Position numbers and translations under genes: made by a program
Shown: positions 13,101 to 26,720 of the stretch, piece by piece
How the letters are laid out: every line of letters starts with the position of its first letter
Numbering within the stretch: position 1 is the first letter of the stretch
Assembly: GCA_964247055.1 (NCBI GenBank)
Contig: OZ176056.1
Coordinates: 1,550,001 to 1,614,000, forward strand
Direction: 5' to 3'
Source of the DNA: Paragordius varius
Taxonomy: Eukaryota; Animalia; Nematomorpha
DNA length: 64,000 nucleotides
The notes under the pieces: model-generated
Told to the model about the DNA's origin: nothing
Database searches by the model: none
Seen by the model: the letters and a program-made list of their open reading frames with translations, nothing else

Positions 13101-16100
13101 TTTTTTACCGAGATTTAGATATTTTTGCATGAAAATATGTATTCAGTACTTTTTAAAATAATTGGTGGGTTAATGTAATATTTTTACTGGCTGTGATTTA
13201 AAGGTTATTATAAAATATAAAGAATGATGTCAAATGATCTACAAATCTTAAAAGTTTGACATAAAAAGACCCATTTTTACACCATTTACGCGGATTGCAA
13301 TAATCATTTAATTAAATATACATACAGCTATTTTAAAGCTAAAGATAAATTGTTACACACTGTTAATAAAGAAAAAAAAATTATACTACATTATTGCTCT
13401 ATTTAAAATATCAAGAACCAAATTTTTTATAATATAAGACAATAAAAGTTAACAGTTACTACTTTTTTATTCTCCATCCTGCGAATTTAATATTATATAT
13501 ATTTTTATAAAATTAGCTAAATTAATAATATGCATGGGACATTTTATGCGTATTATAAAAAATTTGAAAATACCGCCATAAATTCTAATTTCGTTATTAT
13601 GCCTAATAAGACCGTAAATATGCTATGTTTAACATATAAATTTAATTATCCTAAAAAATATTTTTTAGAATGTGTCAGAAGAGTGTGTCCAATTATTGAT
13701 TTTATTATAAATTTTATTTCAAACTAGTATATGCCAAACCCGAAACTCTAAAACTTTTAAATTATGATCCAATATGTTAAAGAATATAAGAAATAAATAT
13801 TTATATAACAAAAATTAAACCCTGGGACGAACACCTCGTATTTTTGAAAATCATATAAGAAATTCGTAGTTTTATCTTACATCCAATTGAATGTAATCAT
13901 AACAAAAACATTTCTTAATAAATTTTGTTTTTTACATTGTTTAATTAGTTTATCTAAGTAAATAACCTTTTTATTTAACACTTGGATACAACACACTCAT
14001 TTTAATCCTTCGATTCAAATTGAAGTAGTTGGATACCCCAGGCCTGTTCAGAATCACATATTTTAAAAAGTATGGAAAGAATCATAACCATGGCAAAGTT
14101 TTGCACTAATTTAACATTAATAAACCGAAATATATAAAAAAATTTATTCAAAAATACTTGATATTATTTATTTTAAGCTAAAACCGAAAGGTAAAAATTT
14201 CGTCAACGTGACATGTGTGAAATAGTAAAATTAAAAAATAATACAAAATAAATCGCTTTTTCTATTTCTATCAATGTTAGATGTTATTCAAATAAAAAAT
14301 TCTTAAAATTAAATGAAGACGATATTTTGCAAAAAAAATGTTAAAAAAAATGGCGTCGATGTAGTTTGACATGGAACTTTTTTTTCAAAACAAAATTTTA
14401 TTAAGATATTTTGGCATATATAATTTTTATTAGGGTAGAAGCATAAATTTAAAATGGGATGGTTCCTTCAGTAGTTTTTTATAAGTATTAATTTTAATTT
14501 AGCCTGGGGTATTTAGATACCCCAATTTGAATCGAAGTGTTAAAATAAAGTTTGTGATAAAATAAAATCTTATTATGCATTTTATATTGTTTCCATCATA
14601 CTTTATTAATGTATCATAAATACGTTTTTACAAATAAAATATTATATTTTATCATTATAAAGCATTATTTTAAGCTCATATCGCACGATCTCGTCGCTTT
14701 ATCTTGTAAACACTTTATACCGAGGTTCAACAGTAAAATTATACATAAAATTGCTGTTCAAATATAGATTTTAATTATATATTATAACAAGTTTTACAAA
14801 TTATATTGCGTTCAGCCTTGGTGTCATTAAAAAGTATTGAGCCAAGTATTTATTGTAATAGAGCGGTGTCGAAATCGAATTAAGAATATGTTTGAGATAT
14901 CATTGATATATGTTTGGCTTAATTACACAGCTTGTTTTCAACCTGATTTTAGTCGTTTCGATATCTCAATTACATATCTCTAAACAAATGAATTATAACA
15001 TAAGGTAAGTCGATTTCAAAATTTTCCATATGGACATGTGACTCAAAAAAAGTGAAAAAACTTTCTTAAATGTATTGTAAGCACCAAAATTAAAAGCTGA
15101 TGAGAATCCTACGTATTGCCACCAAAAATAAGTTAGTATGATCTTTATAATTCCCGATAATGTGCAATGGTTGGGAAGAAAATTAAGTAAAAGGCGCATT
15201 TAAGTCAAACATGCTGTAGCTATGAGTACGCATTTAAAAATTATATATTTTATTAATAGAACTATGCTTATTGTAACACTAACAATTTTATTAAAAGTTA
15301 ATAATGCAAAAAGTGTGACTAAAATCACTTCCAGATAGCAACAAAAAATCGCATGGTTTTTTGATATTAGTTCAAGTTATCCCCTTGTCTATTTTTTTAA
15401 GCCCATGACACTAAAATGCGTGCTATCTTGACAAATTTGTAGTTAAAAGGCATCTGATCGAATATTTATTCTTGGGTTGGGTTCAGTTTTGTGTTTAAAT
15501 TACCGATTGTCTATGAATCCATAATTGCATAATTAGAGCCTAATTTTACTGATAAATTATGCGTAACAATATATAAAAACAAAATTTATCATTAAATTAG
15601 TACCAACAAAAAAAAACTTGATAATTAAATTTAAAAATTCAATGATTATATGATTTATTTCGATCGATTAATCATATCGAGCTTAAGAGTTATAATTAGT
15701 TTAGTATATTATCGAATACAGGCCTTTTCGACCAAGCCCTTTGAAAAACAAATTTTTTAGTTTGTACTGTAAAAACAAATCGTATATTTGAATGGTATTT
15801 AGTTTACATTGTGATATTTACTAAAACGAAATAAATCCATACGTGGCTACAGACAAGTAAATTATATCCTCTCCTTTTAACCATGTAAATAGTTTATATT
15901 TGATTGTTATGGAAATTCCCAAAACTGTATAGTAGTAAACATTTAAGTACATTCGATCGATAAGTTTGAAGAAATTAACATTATATCAGTTAGTAAGAAA
16001 ACATATTATTTTAACACGTAAGCAAAGGCACAAAGGTTGCTATTACAGGATACTGGCTTTTTAAGTTTAATCAACTAACAATTTTTAGTTAATTTAATAT

Positions 16101-18570
16101 ATTTTTATATTAATTATTTTTATTATCTTTTTTTTCAATCCACATCACAATTCCAATAAAAATGGTTAAGAACATTTACAAAGCCGTGCTTGAGGTAAAA
16201 CTTAATTATTTTAATATAATTTAAGCAGGACTGACACAAGTGGCTTAATATTTTTGTAGTTTCAAGAAAAAATTTGCAATATTTATTATACGATGCGATA
16301 ATTTATAATTTTTCTTAGATTTAGATATTTTTGCATGAAATTATGTATTAATTCAGTACTTTTTGAAAGTAATATTTCGGTGTTAAAGATTTAAATGTTA
16401 TTATAAAATATAAAGAATGTTGTCAAATATCTACAAATTCTTAAAAGTTTGACATAAAAAGACCTATTTTTACATCATTTCCGCGGATTGCAATATTAAA
16501 TTATTATTTATTTAAATATACATACAGCCATTTTAAAGCTAAAGATAAATTGTTACACACTGTTAATAAAGAAAAAAATTTTACTACATTAAGTTCTTCA
16601 TATAATTGCTTTATTTAAATATCAAAAACCAAATTTTTTATATAAGACATTAATAGTTACCACTTTTTTATTCTCCATCCTGCGAATTTAATATTATATA
16701 TATTTTTATAAAATTAGCTAAATTAATAATATGCATGGGACATTTTATGCGTATTATTAATTTGAAAATACCGCCATAAAAAATTCTAATTTCGTTATTA
16801 TGCCTAATAAGACCGTAAATATGCTATGTTTAACACATAAATTTAAATATCCTAAAAAATATTTTTTAGAATGTGTCAAAAGAGTGCGTGCAATTATTGA
16901 TTTTATTATAAATTTTATTTCAAACTAGTATAAGCTAAACCCGAAATTCTAAAACTTTTAAATTATGATCCAATATGATAAAGAATATAGGAAATAAATA
17001 TTTATATAACAAAAATTAACCGGGACGATCACCTCGTATTCTTGTAAATCATATGAGAAATTCATAGTTTTATCTTAAAACAACCAATTGAATGTAATCA
17101 TAACAAAAACATTTCTTAATAATTTTTGTTTGTGTTAGTTAGATCTGTTTACGAATGTTGTTTTTTACATTGTTTAATTAGTTTATCTAAGTAAATAACC
17201 TTTTTATTTAACACTTGGTTACAACACACTCATTTTAATCCTTCGATTCAAATTGAGGTAGTTGGATACCCCAGGCCTGTTCAGAATCACATATTTTAAA
17301 AAGTATGGAAAGAATCATAACCATGGCAAAGTTTTGCACTAATTTAACATTAATAAACCGAAATATATAAAAAAATTTAAAATACTTGATATTATTTATT
17401 TTAAGCTAAAACCGAAAGGTAAAAATTTCGTCAACGTGACATGTGTGAAATAGTAAAATAATAAAATAATACAAAATAAATCGCTTTTTCTATTTCTATC
17501 AATGTTAGATGTTATTCAAATAAAAAATTCTTAAAATTAAATGAAGACGATATTTCGCAAAAAAATGTTAAAAAAAATGGCGTCGATGTAGTTTGACATG
17601 GAACTTTTTTTTCAAAACAAAATTTTATTAAGATATTTTGTCATATATAATTTTTATTAGGGTAGAAGCATAAATTTAAAATGGGATGGTTCCTTCAGTA
17701 GTTTTTTATAAGTATTAATTTTAATTTAGCCTGGGGTATTTAGATACCCCAATTTGAATCGAAGTGTTAAAATAAAGTTTGTGATAAAATAAAATCTTAT
17801 TATGCGTTTTATATTGTTTCCATCATACTTTATTAATGTATCATAAATACGTTTTTACAAATAAAATATTATATTTTATCATTATAAAGCATTATTTTAA
17901 GCTCATATCGCACGATCTCGTCGCTTTATCTTGTAAACACTTTATACCGAGGTTCAACAGTTTAAAATTATACATAAAATTGCTCTTCAAATATAGATTT
18001 TAATTATATATTATAACAAGTTTTACAAATTATATTGCGTTCAGCCTTGGTGTCATTAAAAAGTATTGAGCCAAGTATTTATTGTAATAGAGCGGTGTCG
18101 AAATCGAATTAAGTATATGTTTGAGATCTAATCATTGATATATGTTTGGCTTATTCGCACAGCTTGTTTTCAACCTGATTTTAGTTGTTTCGATATCTAA
18201 ATTACATATCTCTAAACAAATGAATTACATAAGATATGTCGATATCAAAATTCATATGGACATGTGGATCAAAAGTGAAAAAACTTTCTTAAATGTATTG
18301 TAAGCACCAAAACTAAAATGAGAATCCTAGGTATTTTCACCAGAAAATAAGTTACTATAATCTTTAAATACTTAATAATTTGCAATGGTTTGGAAGAAAT
18401 TAAGTAAAAGGCGCATTGAAATATAGCGTGCTTTAGGTATGACTACAATTATGCATTTTCAAATTATATATTTTATTTATAGATCTCATCTTATTGTAAC
18501 ACTAACTATATTATTAAAAGATAATAATGCAAAAAGTGTGATTAAAATCACTGTTCCAGATAGCACCAAA
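7120..18570. repeat. Tandem array of ~3.2-kb units (3 full units plus a partial upstream unit)
   Basis: AAATCCATACGTGGCTACAGACA at ~7745, 9393, 12625 and 15835; TCGCACGATCTCGTCGC at ~11457, 14681 and 17908. Periods are ~1.65 kb, then ~3.2 kb. No gene was recognised in the unit. Confidence 0.92.
10776..11317. mobile_element. piggyBac-like MITE (TTAA-flanked); also at 13979-14539 and 17212-17766
   Basis: TTAA|CACTT...AAGTG|TTAA with subterminal inverted repeats TTGGGGTA(G/T)...ATACCCCAGGC. Confidence 0.7.
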
Positions 18571-18737
18571 AAAGCTTGCCTATCGGGCGATTTTTATTTT
18601 TTACTGGGCTGTTATTAAACTACCTGGTTAGTAATCTTTTTAAATGACTTCTGCGACAAAATTAACAAAAGCCAAAAAATTTATTACAATGCAGTAAAAG
18701 AATTTTTACTGAGTTTTTTTTTTAAATTAAATTAATT

Positions 18738-21700
18738 ATGAATGGAATTAGGTGTGTGTCCTCTGTATTATGTTGATGCAATTCACTTATGTGGTTCCAC
18801 AAAATGGAAATACGAGCAAACTTAATTTCGCGATATTCTATGAAAGTCGATCTCTGCACAGTAAAGACCTTATTGTGGATCAAATATTACCATTTTTGTC
18901 CAATTTTTACAATGTTTCAAAGTCATTTGAAAAGGCTCTGCTTTCTATTGAATTTATTCCATTTGGAAAAGCTAACGTATATATTTTATTTTAAATTATA
19001 TTTCAATCAAGCAAGCAGTGTTAGAATTACTTGAATAAAAATTATGAAAAAATACAATAAAAAAGGTTGTGCGGATTATGAATTAAACAAACATAAGCTA
19101 GAAAATCGTATTTTGATAATATTGTTAGTCCAAAATGCGCCATATATTTTTATATTAACTTAATATAAATTTTGAATAAAACCCTAAATTTTGTTTTAAT
19201 GTTATGTATTTTCAAAAATGTCCGCAATATTAAAAAATTGTTGGTAAAAATTAACTTAAAAATAAAGCTTTAGGATTCAATTCAATGTAGAATATTACAA
19301 CTTTATTAAAATTCTCGTGAAGCCAACACCTAGGAAAAATATTTTATATGAACCGGCAATTCAAACGATTGCAGATGAAATATTATATGCAATAGAGAAG
19401 TATCGGCTTAAATTTTTAAATAATAACCAATTTAAAAGTTATAAACATGATATTAAAACTAAATCTATTTAATCATAAATAAGAGAATGTATTTGGAATA
19501 CATTGAATTAAATTTTTTAATAAATTTTAGTTTGCGCTTTTTAATATATTTTAACACAAATTTAGCAAAACCCCTTTATTTCATAAATGTATTTTAGTCA
19601 AAAACTTGCAGAACTTTGCATATTAAATTATTAAAATTAAGTAAATTTAGGTGTTTTATTTCATGGTGTAAAAAATTATAACCAACAACTAACGATCAGC
19701 TGTTTTGCCATACTTTCACTTATTTCTCTTAATTAAAACTTCATTACCCTTTCACTTTTTTGTCTTAGTTCACCCTTTGTGTTAGTTTTATATTCCAGAG
19801 CTCAATTTTGTAAATAAACTGTTATGAAAGTTGCTTTAGTTAAAATTAATATATCAAACATTCTTTATGCTTTATATAAAAAGCCTATATTTTTTACAGT
19901 TTTATTTCTATAGTCTAATTTGGGACAGCAAAACACGATTTAACAGCTTACAGTAATTTTGCTGAAAAATATAGCCTAAAAGCTTTTTAAAGTTGATTGT
20001 TTACATTTTCTAACGATAATATACATTTATTTGCCTGTTGCATTGGCGATATAAAAAAATTATAGAAAAATATGGGGAGGAAAAAGTTTGAGATTAGGAT
20101 TATTTTGTATGATTCGCCTAAAAGGCTAAAGACAGTCTATTTATTAACGGCTAATACCTTAAATACTTTTCAAGATAATCAAATTTCGAATCGCTCTATG
20201 ATTTAAAACTACTTCTAAAGGTAATGAAGTGTTAAGCGTTTAATCCCGATTTAATAATTGGTTTTTATAAGTACAAAGTGAATTCATAAATAGCAACATA
20301 TGTATGAATTTCTTAAATATCAGAAACGTAATAATATGACAAATACTTTTTCCAAAGACCACTGTACCTTTTTACATTCAATTTTTTTTTCTAATTTTTT
20401 GTTTTTAAAATGCAAAGTATGTAATAGGCATGTAAATTGGGTAATAAATATTTTTCCAGATAAAGTGACCAGATAGGCTGTTTTTCGACAGTACTGGATT
20501 TCAGAAAAAAACTGCGACTGTACTTTTGTACTGCTTTTTGAAATTAAAATAAAAATAATTATTTATTAAGTTATACCTTCTATTTATTCAAAAAAATTAT
20601 TTTAGTATTGGAATTAGTACCCTCTGTAAAAATAACCCCATAACTTGTAAAGAAATGGTTTATTTTGCGGTAAAAAACTAAGATTGGCGTATTTTTAAAT
20701 GGTTAATACTTATTTTCTGCTCGAAATATACATAAAATTGGATTTTGGATCGGTCAAACCGCTTATGATTGAAGCCTTTCGCCAAATGGCGAAATTATAA
20801 ATCTAGGACTCCACACTTAAGATTGGGCCAATGGCTCTTTCACTCAGGGCTTCCGCAAAAAGAGGTGCCTAAAAATTTAAAATTAACAAAATTAATTTAT
20901 GATATTATCACAAATATTTCATCAAGTTTAGAAAGATTTTTTGTTATAATAATCAAACGGAAAATTTTATAGTATATTGTATTCCCGTACAATTAAGAGT
21001 TTTTCACATTTTCTATACTCATTAGGTAAAAGGTTTGATATTTTCTTAATTTTTTCCCTAAACTTTAATTTTTACTAGTTTTCCTTTTTACATAAAAAAT
21101 TGAGATATTTTGTTGAAGCGTACTTCAAACTATTATGAAGCATGATGGAAACGATATAACTCTTTGAGATATAATAAAATCCTTTTTTCAAGTAATTCGA
21201 TGATGTTGAACATTACAATTGATTTATATTTAAAGGTTTGTTTATTTGCAAATTTTAGTGATTTTTCTAAAAAAACTATAATTCTGAGTGAGAAAAACGT
21301 ACATTATTAAATTATATATATATAGACTGTTATAAAATTTTAACCGTTTATATCGTTTCCATCATGCTGAAAATAGTATAAAGTACGCTTCAACAAAATT
21401 TTGTTAAAAACTAAATTTTTGAAAGCATGGATTTATTTAAAAATACATTTAATTGATATCAAAATTTAGCGTATATTAAAAATTATCGCACAATGTCGGA
21501 ATTTTTGCGTTTTCTTTGAATGACCAGTCCATCTAATACGAGCCAAAAAATTTGGGACTTTCAAAGCCCACATCTAAAAATTTAAACCAAAAGCACAATG
21601 ATAATCCTGATAATTTCCTATCAGAATATATCTATTTGATCACGATATTTTTTGTGGAAACTGTGTAATATACTACACCGATGTTGTAGAATTTTGTACT

Positions 21701-24017
21701 GCGTTAAAGTTGAAAATATCTAGTCTCATTAAGATAAAAAATGTTATAAATATTATGGTTAACTTTGGAGAAAAAAAATTATTTTATAAATAAAATATTA
21801 TATTTTCAAATCAAATAATTTATAATTTAGTACACCGTGATTAATGAACGATATGATTTTGATCATTGCCAACATGGTCATCGTGAATGTGATGGGAATA
21901 AATGGCATGTAATATAGTAAATTAAATTAAAAAGACGAACAAAGAACAAAAAATTTAAACATTTTAAAAGACTTTTATTATAAACTAATAAGAGTTGTTG
22001 TTTGAAATACAATTTATTAATTTTTCATTATATAGAAAATGCACTATAAAACTACAAGCTTAACTAAATATTTATCCTTTAAAAACTTTGAATATACCAG
22101 TTATAACTCAAATTCACCCTTTAACAATTTATTTTTACTCTTGAACAATTCAATTCGACTTTAAAAAAAACTTATGTAGTTGGCAAATATAACTTATTAT
22201 TATAATTTAATATTTCTTTATGGCCTAAAATATTATTTTATCGGTATTATGTTTTTAAAAAATTTAAAAAAATATAGGTAGTTTATAATATTCAAAAAAA
22301 CACTATTTAGGGTGAATATGAATTGTTAAAGGGTGAATGTGAATTGTTCGAGTGTGAATTTGAAGTGTAAATGATATATAACTGAAAATTTATATTTTAT
22401 CACAGAAATTTCTTTAAATGTTTTATTTGGCAGAATTTTTAGTGAGTATAATTTGATTTTTATAACATTTTATTATAGGCTTGTTCCCTTATATACAACA
22501 AAGATTCAACTTTCAATATTCTTGACTGTTTGTTTGAAATTGATGACTTTAGTCATGAAAGAATGAAACAGGTCATTTATTAAATATTAAATTGAATTAA
22601 TTGGTAATTACCGCTAATGAAAATATTTTATTGATTAAAAAAATAAAACATATCATATTTTTGGACAAATCAGAAGTTTATAGAGATGACATATTTTAAA
22701 TCAAGAATCAAATATTTATTAAATATGTACAAATTTAAACCATACAAAAGTTTACTTGTATAACATCGATGCACCGTATATAAAAGCATTCATTCAAAAA
22801 ACTTTAATATTTTATTTATGGATAAACCTATCGCTTAAAATTCAATCAACATGACAGGTGTGCTCCTGTTAGTCAATGTTTAATGTGATTAAAAAAAATT
22901 AGCTTTTAATTTTAGCGTTAGAATCAATTAAACCCGATATTATAGAAAAATGTTGTTAATGAAAGTGTTTTTCTCTAAATTGTATTTGAATATTTTGGCT
23001 TCTTATAGTTTAGGATATAAACATAAATTTAAATCGGAACTGTTTCTTTTTATTAATTTTTAAAAATATTAATTTAAACATACTCTGGACTCACCAGATA
23101 CCCTAATTGCGAAGAATTTAAACTATTGTTCACACATTAGATTATATATTTTAAATAATCACATAGTTCATATGATAAGAATTATCAATGTTTCAAAAAG
23201 TATGGTTATGTTTTGAGAAAATATATATTCTTTTTCATTTGTATAATTTAATATACTGTATCTTTTATTTTTTAAAGATTTTTTTATGGTATTTTGTTGT
23301 TTAGTGTTTGGAATCAAACGGTATAAATTACAATAAAACCAAACAATGTGTTAAAAATGTCGATTTCGATTTAAGAGCAATGGGGGATAGAACTGAAGAG
23401 ATGCTAAGACAATATGATCATGTGCCCTTAGTTATTTTGAAAGGGGTATGAAATCTTTTTTACATCTTTTAAATTAAAAAAATATTTTTTACTTTAAAAT
23501 TAACGGAAGAACCGGAATCGGATGTATTCAAAATTTAGCAATTTCGTTTTGAATGGAAAAAAAACGTTGCAAAATAGTTTTCTTTCAAAATTAATTGTTA
23601 TTATTACGAATTTAGGACATCAGTTGCCTTTTTATGTAATTAAATTTAATTTTAAAAAAAAAATAATTAATTTTAATTATTTTACTGTTTGCATTTAATC
23701 GAATTTATTCGGGGCCAAAAAATTTTGAACTGGAAGCTTAACTCTAAAAATATGCCGAGTTGGAACCGAAGCCAGAAAGCAATTTGAAATTATACTATCC
23801 CCTAAAATTAAGTTCTAATACTCTACCTACAAGATATTAATAATTTTAATCATGTTTTATATGTGTGATTTATAATTTATAAAGCCTTGCTATAGAGAAT
23901 AATATTAGGGAAATTATTTATTGCATTTAGCAAAACCATAGCATGCATATACAAAACAGATCTGAAACCGATTTTTCTGGCCTTGTGTGCGAGTTAATGG
24001 TAAAAACTTTATATTAA
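18738..24017 (+). CDS. GILT (gamma-interferon-inducible lysosomal thiol reductase)-like protein lacking CxxC; possibly a pseudogene or affected by assembly errors
   Basis: Exons ~18738-18976 (..KLNFAIFYESRSLHSKDLIVDQI..IEFIPFGKAN), 21831-21908 (..DHCQHGHRECDGNKWH), 22479-22571 (ACSLIYNKD..CLFEI..), 23305-23445 (CLES..QC..AMGDRTEEMLRQYDHVPLVILKG) and 23931-23999 (..SGLVCELM). All junctions are phase-0 GT-AG. CQHGxxEC and the xVPxVxxxG motif are GILT hallmarks. The 5' start and the last exon are uncertain. Confidence 0.85.
21111..21396. repeat. Inverted-repeat (MITE-like) element in GILT intron 1
   Basis: TGTTGAAGCGTACTT...GCATGATGGAAACGATATAAC pairs with GTTATATCGTTTCCATCATGC...AAGTACGCTTCAACA (~50-bp arms). 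Confidence 0.7.
22090..22370. repeat. Inverted-repeat element in GILT intron 2
   Basis: AAATTCACCCTTTAACAATT... pairs with ...AATTGTTAAAGGGTGAAT. Confidence 0.55.
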
Positions 24018-24665
24018 AATTGAATAATCACAGTATTATTATCTCACTTATTTAAGCTTTTATATATATTCTACAAATCGAAGGTTTAAAGTTCATTAAA
24101 CCCTAACTTCAATGTTAAGATGTTTATCTATTACCTTTTCACTTTTTTGTCCAGGTTTACCTTTTGGGAGAATTTTATATCTCAGAGCTCAATTATTTTA
24201 GTTATAATTTAATTAGTATCAGTATATCAAACATTGTTCTCATGTGTCAGATAAAAAAGCTGATTAAATGGGATAATATTAAAATCATAATATATCAAGA
24301 TTTTGCTGTTAAAATGTAGCCTGTAAGCTTGCTATCAAAGTTAATTATTTACATTTTGTAACCATAATATGCATTTATTTGTCTATTGCAAAAGCGATTT
24401 AAATCAAATGGAAAATGGCGGCAAAAAGGGAGGATTTTTTACAATACATTTTTTTAAAAAATTGTATAATGCGCCCAAAAGTCTAAAGAAAGCATATTTT
24501 TAAATTCGGCTTAATACCTTAAATATTTTTTAAATATTCACATTTTTAGACTCTCTGGGATATAAAATTATACCAATAGGTACTGGAGTGTTTTAAAATT
24601 ATCTTAATTTACTTTTTCCCATAATTTTTTTAGTTTTCTCCGTAAATGCATAAATTGAAAATTAT

Positions 24666-25725
24666 TTTTTACTTAATAACTTATGATGTTATAAAAACTC
24701 CTTCAATAGCGTCTTTAGGATACTTTTTAGATTTTGCAAATTAAAATGATTGACAGAATAGACTCTTTTCCGCTAAGTAGGATATAACCACTAATGTATT
24801 TGTATGCCCGTAGTTTTTAAATTGTAAATAATTAATTTACAATCTTTAAATTTCATTTTGTAATAACTTTTATAGTTTATTATGAGTAAAAAATTGAAGA
24901 CATTAATAGGTTAAAATATAATATAAATCGGAATTTTTTTTTATAAAAATTTCAAAATTTTATGATGGAAATATTTTTGCGACAAATGATCGGTCATTAA
25001 TTAAATTACATTTTTTTATTAATTTGTTTTCATATATTTGCAGAGCAACCTAACTGTTTGTTTGCTTTCACACCAATTAAACTAAATATGTTTATGATTT
25101 TTTAAACATAATTTATTTAATATTGGGCTTATTACATGATTCTTTGGATAGGTGTTGGGAAAAATAATTTGTATCTTTCATTTATGGTTCAATAAATCAA
25201 TATAGATTGGGGGTATAAAATATTAATTTTAGCTATATATTATAAAGATGGGGTGTCCAACATACAAATGGCTTCGCGGGTCGCATTTATGATTCATAAA
25301 ACTGACAGGGGCAGTATTCGAAATTTATATATGGACATTCATAAGGAATTTTTTAGATTTACCAAACATAAAACCAGAAAATGCAGATATAGTATTTTTT
25401 TTTTAATTCTTGCCTATTAGATAGAGTTTTTAAAAAAATTTTACAGGAAATATTAATTTATTTAAGATTTTTGTGAGTATATTTTTATAATTTATGGATA
25501 TCCGAATTTTTCGCGGGCCCCACATAAAGTTACAGACGCCATGTGTTGGCCACCCCTGTTTTAGAGTGTAATTTGTGTTACAGGTTTAATTTGTAATTTT
25601 GGCTTTTATTTATTTGTTATAACAGTTTTAAGAATACTGCAGTATAAATTTTGGATAGCGCCAATCCGGAAAAACAGCTTATTTAAAATAAATAGGCAAA
25701 AATTTACCATAATTAATCATTTATT
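24666..25725. repeat. Dispersed repeat, copy of 1-1085 (includes hAT-like MITE 25248-25558)
   Basis: Direct colinear alignment by eye. Confidence 0.9.
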
Positions 25726-26409
25726 AATTTAATTTAGTAGTTTTTATGTTTTTTATGCCAATTTTTTCAATAAACCCTGAATATCAATATATAGCGGCAA
25801 AATTTTAAATCGTTTTTATTACTTTAAGTAATGCACCTAAATATATTTTTTAAGATTAATTGAAATCTTGTTTTGTTAACTATTCTTAAAAGTAAAAAGG
25901 TGTTAAATAATGTGTTGTCTTGCTTTAGTTATTATTTTCAAAATTTTATAAGTTTTACTTTTTTATGTTAGCAGATTTTAAATGGCATACAGGTATGGTA
26001 GCAATTAAAAATATTAAAGGTTACTGGAAATAAAATCGAATATTCATATTAAAAGTCCGATATTTAACGAAAACTTGTGATTCCAATTCTTTTCCGATAA
26101 TACTTTACTTATGTTGCACAAAATATAGCAAGATATTTTTATATTACTTTGGTATAATCCTAATCAAAATATAGAATGGACAAAAAGATTTAGTTTCTCG
26201 TAAATGCATGAGCAATTTGTCCAAAAATCCAATTAGTAATTTTCATTATTTTTAAATCAATAACAATTAATTAAAGCAGAAAAAAACATATGCGATTAAG
26301 GAAACATTAAATACATTTTATATAACTTAAAATCGTTTATTGGTAAAAATTAACAATGAATTTGCATTTTAATTTTAAAAACATTCTATCGTCATAACCA
26401 ATTTAACAT

Positions 26410-26720
26410 CTAATTTTAAGTTATACCTAATCAATGGAACCCCAATATAGCGTCAAGTAAACTTAATCAACAAATTTCTTGACGCGCACTATATTTTGAA
26501 TCGATTCGCAGGTTAACTCCATCCGGAATAATCTGCCATAAAATGATTTTCCAATAAGTTTATATATATATATGTATAGGAATTTTAGATTTCTAATCAC
26601 CAAGTTTGCGCTTTAGCGTCTTGATTAATGAAAACCGTAAACATGAAATTTAATAATTTTATTTAGGCTTCGGTCAGGCTTGTTTCATAAATTTGACGTT
26701 TAGTCACTCCCTCTCAGAAG
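26410..26720 (-). pseudogene. Possible decayed non-LTR reverse-transcriptase fragment
   Basis: One stop-interrupted minus-strand frame reads ..LLENHFMADYSGWS*PANRFKI*..KFT*RYIGVPL, loosely like the RT C-terminal F..SG..N..K and F.YLGVP motifs. Weak. Confidence 0.25.

Noticed and set aside
14993-15199. Minus-strand ORF and nearby ESHVHMENFEIDLPYVIIHLFRD stretch in the 3.2-kb unit
   Set aside because: The frame is not preserved across the three units, and I found no homology or partner exons.
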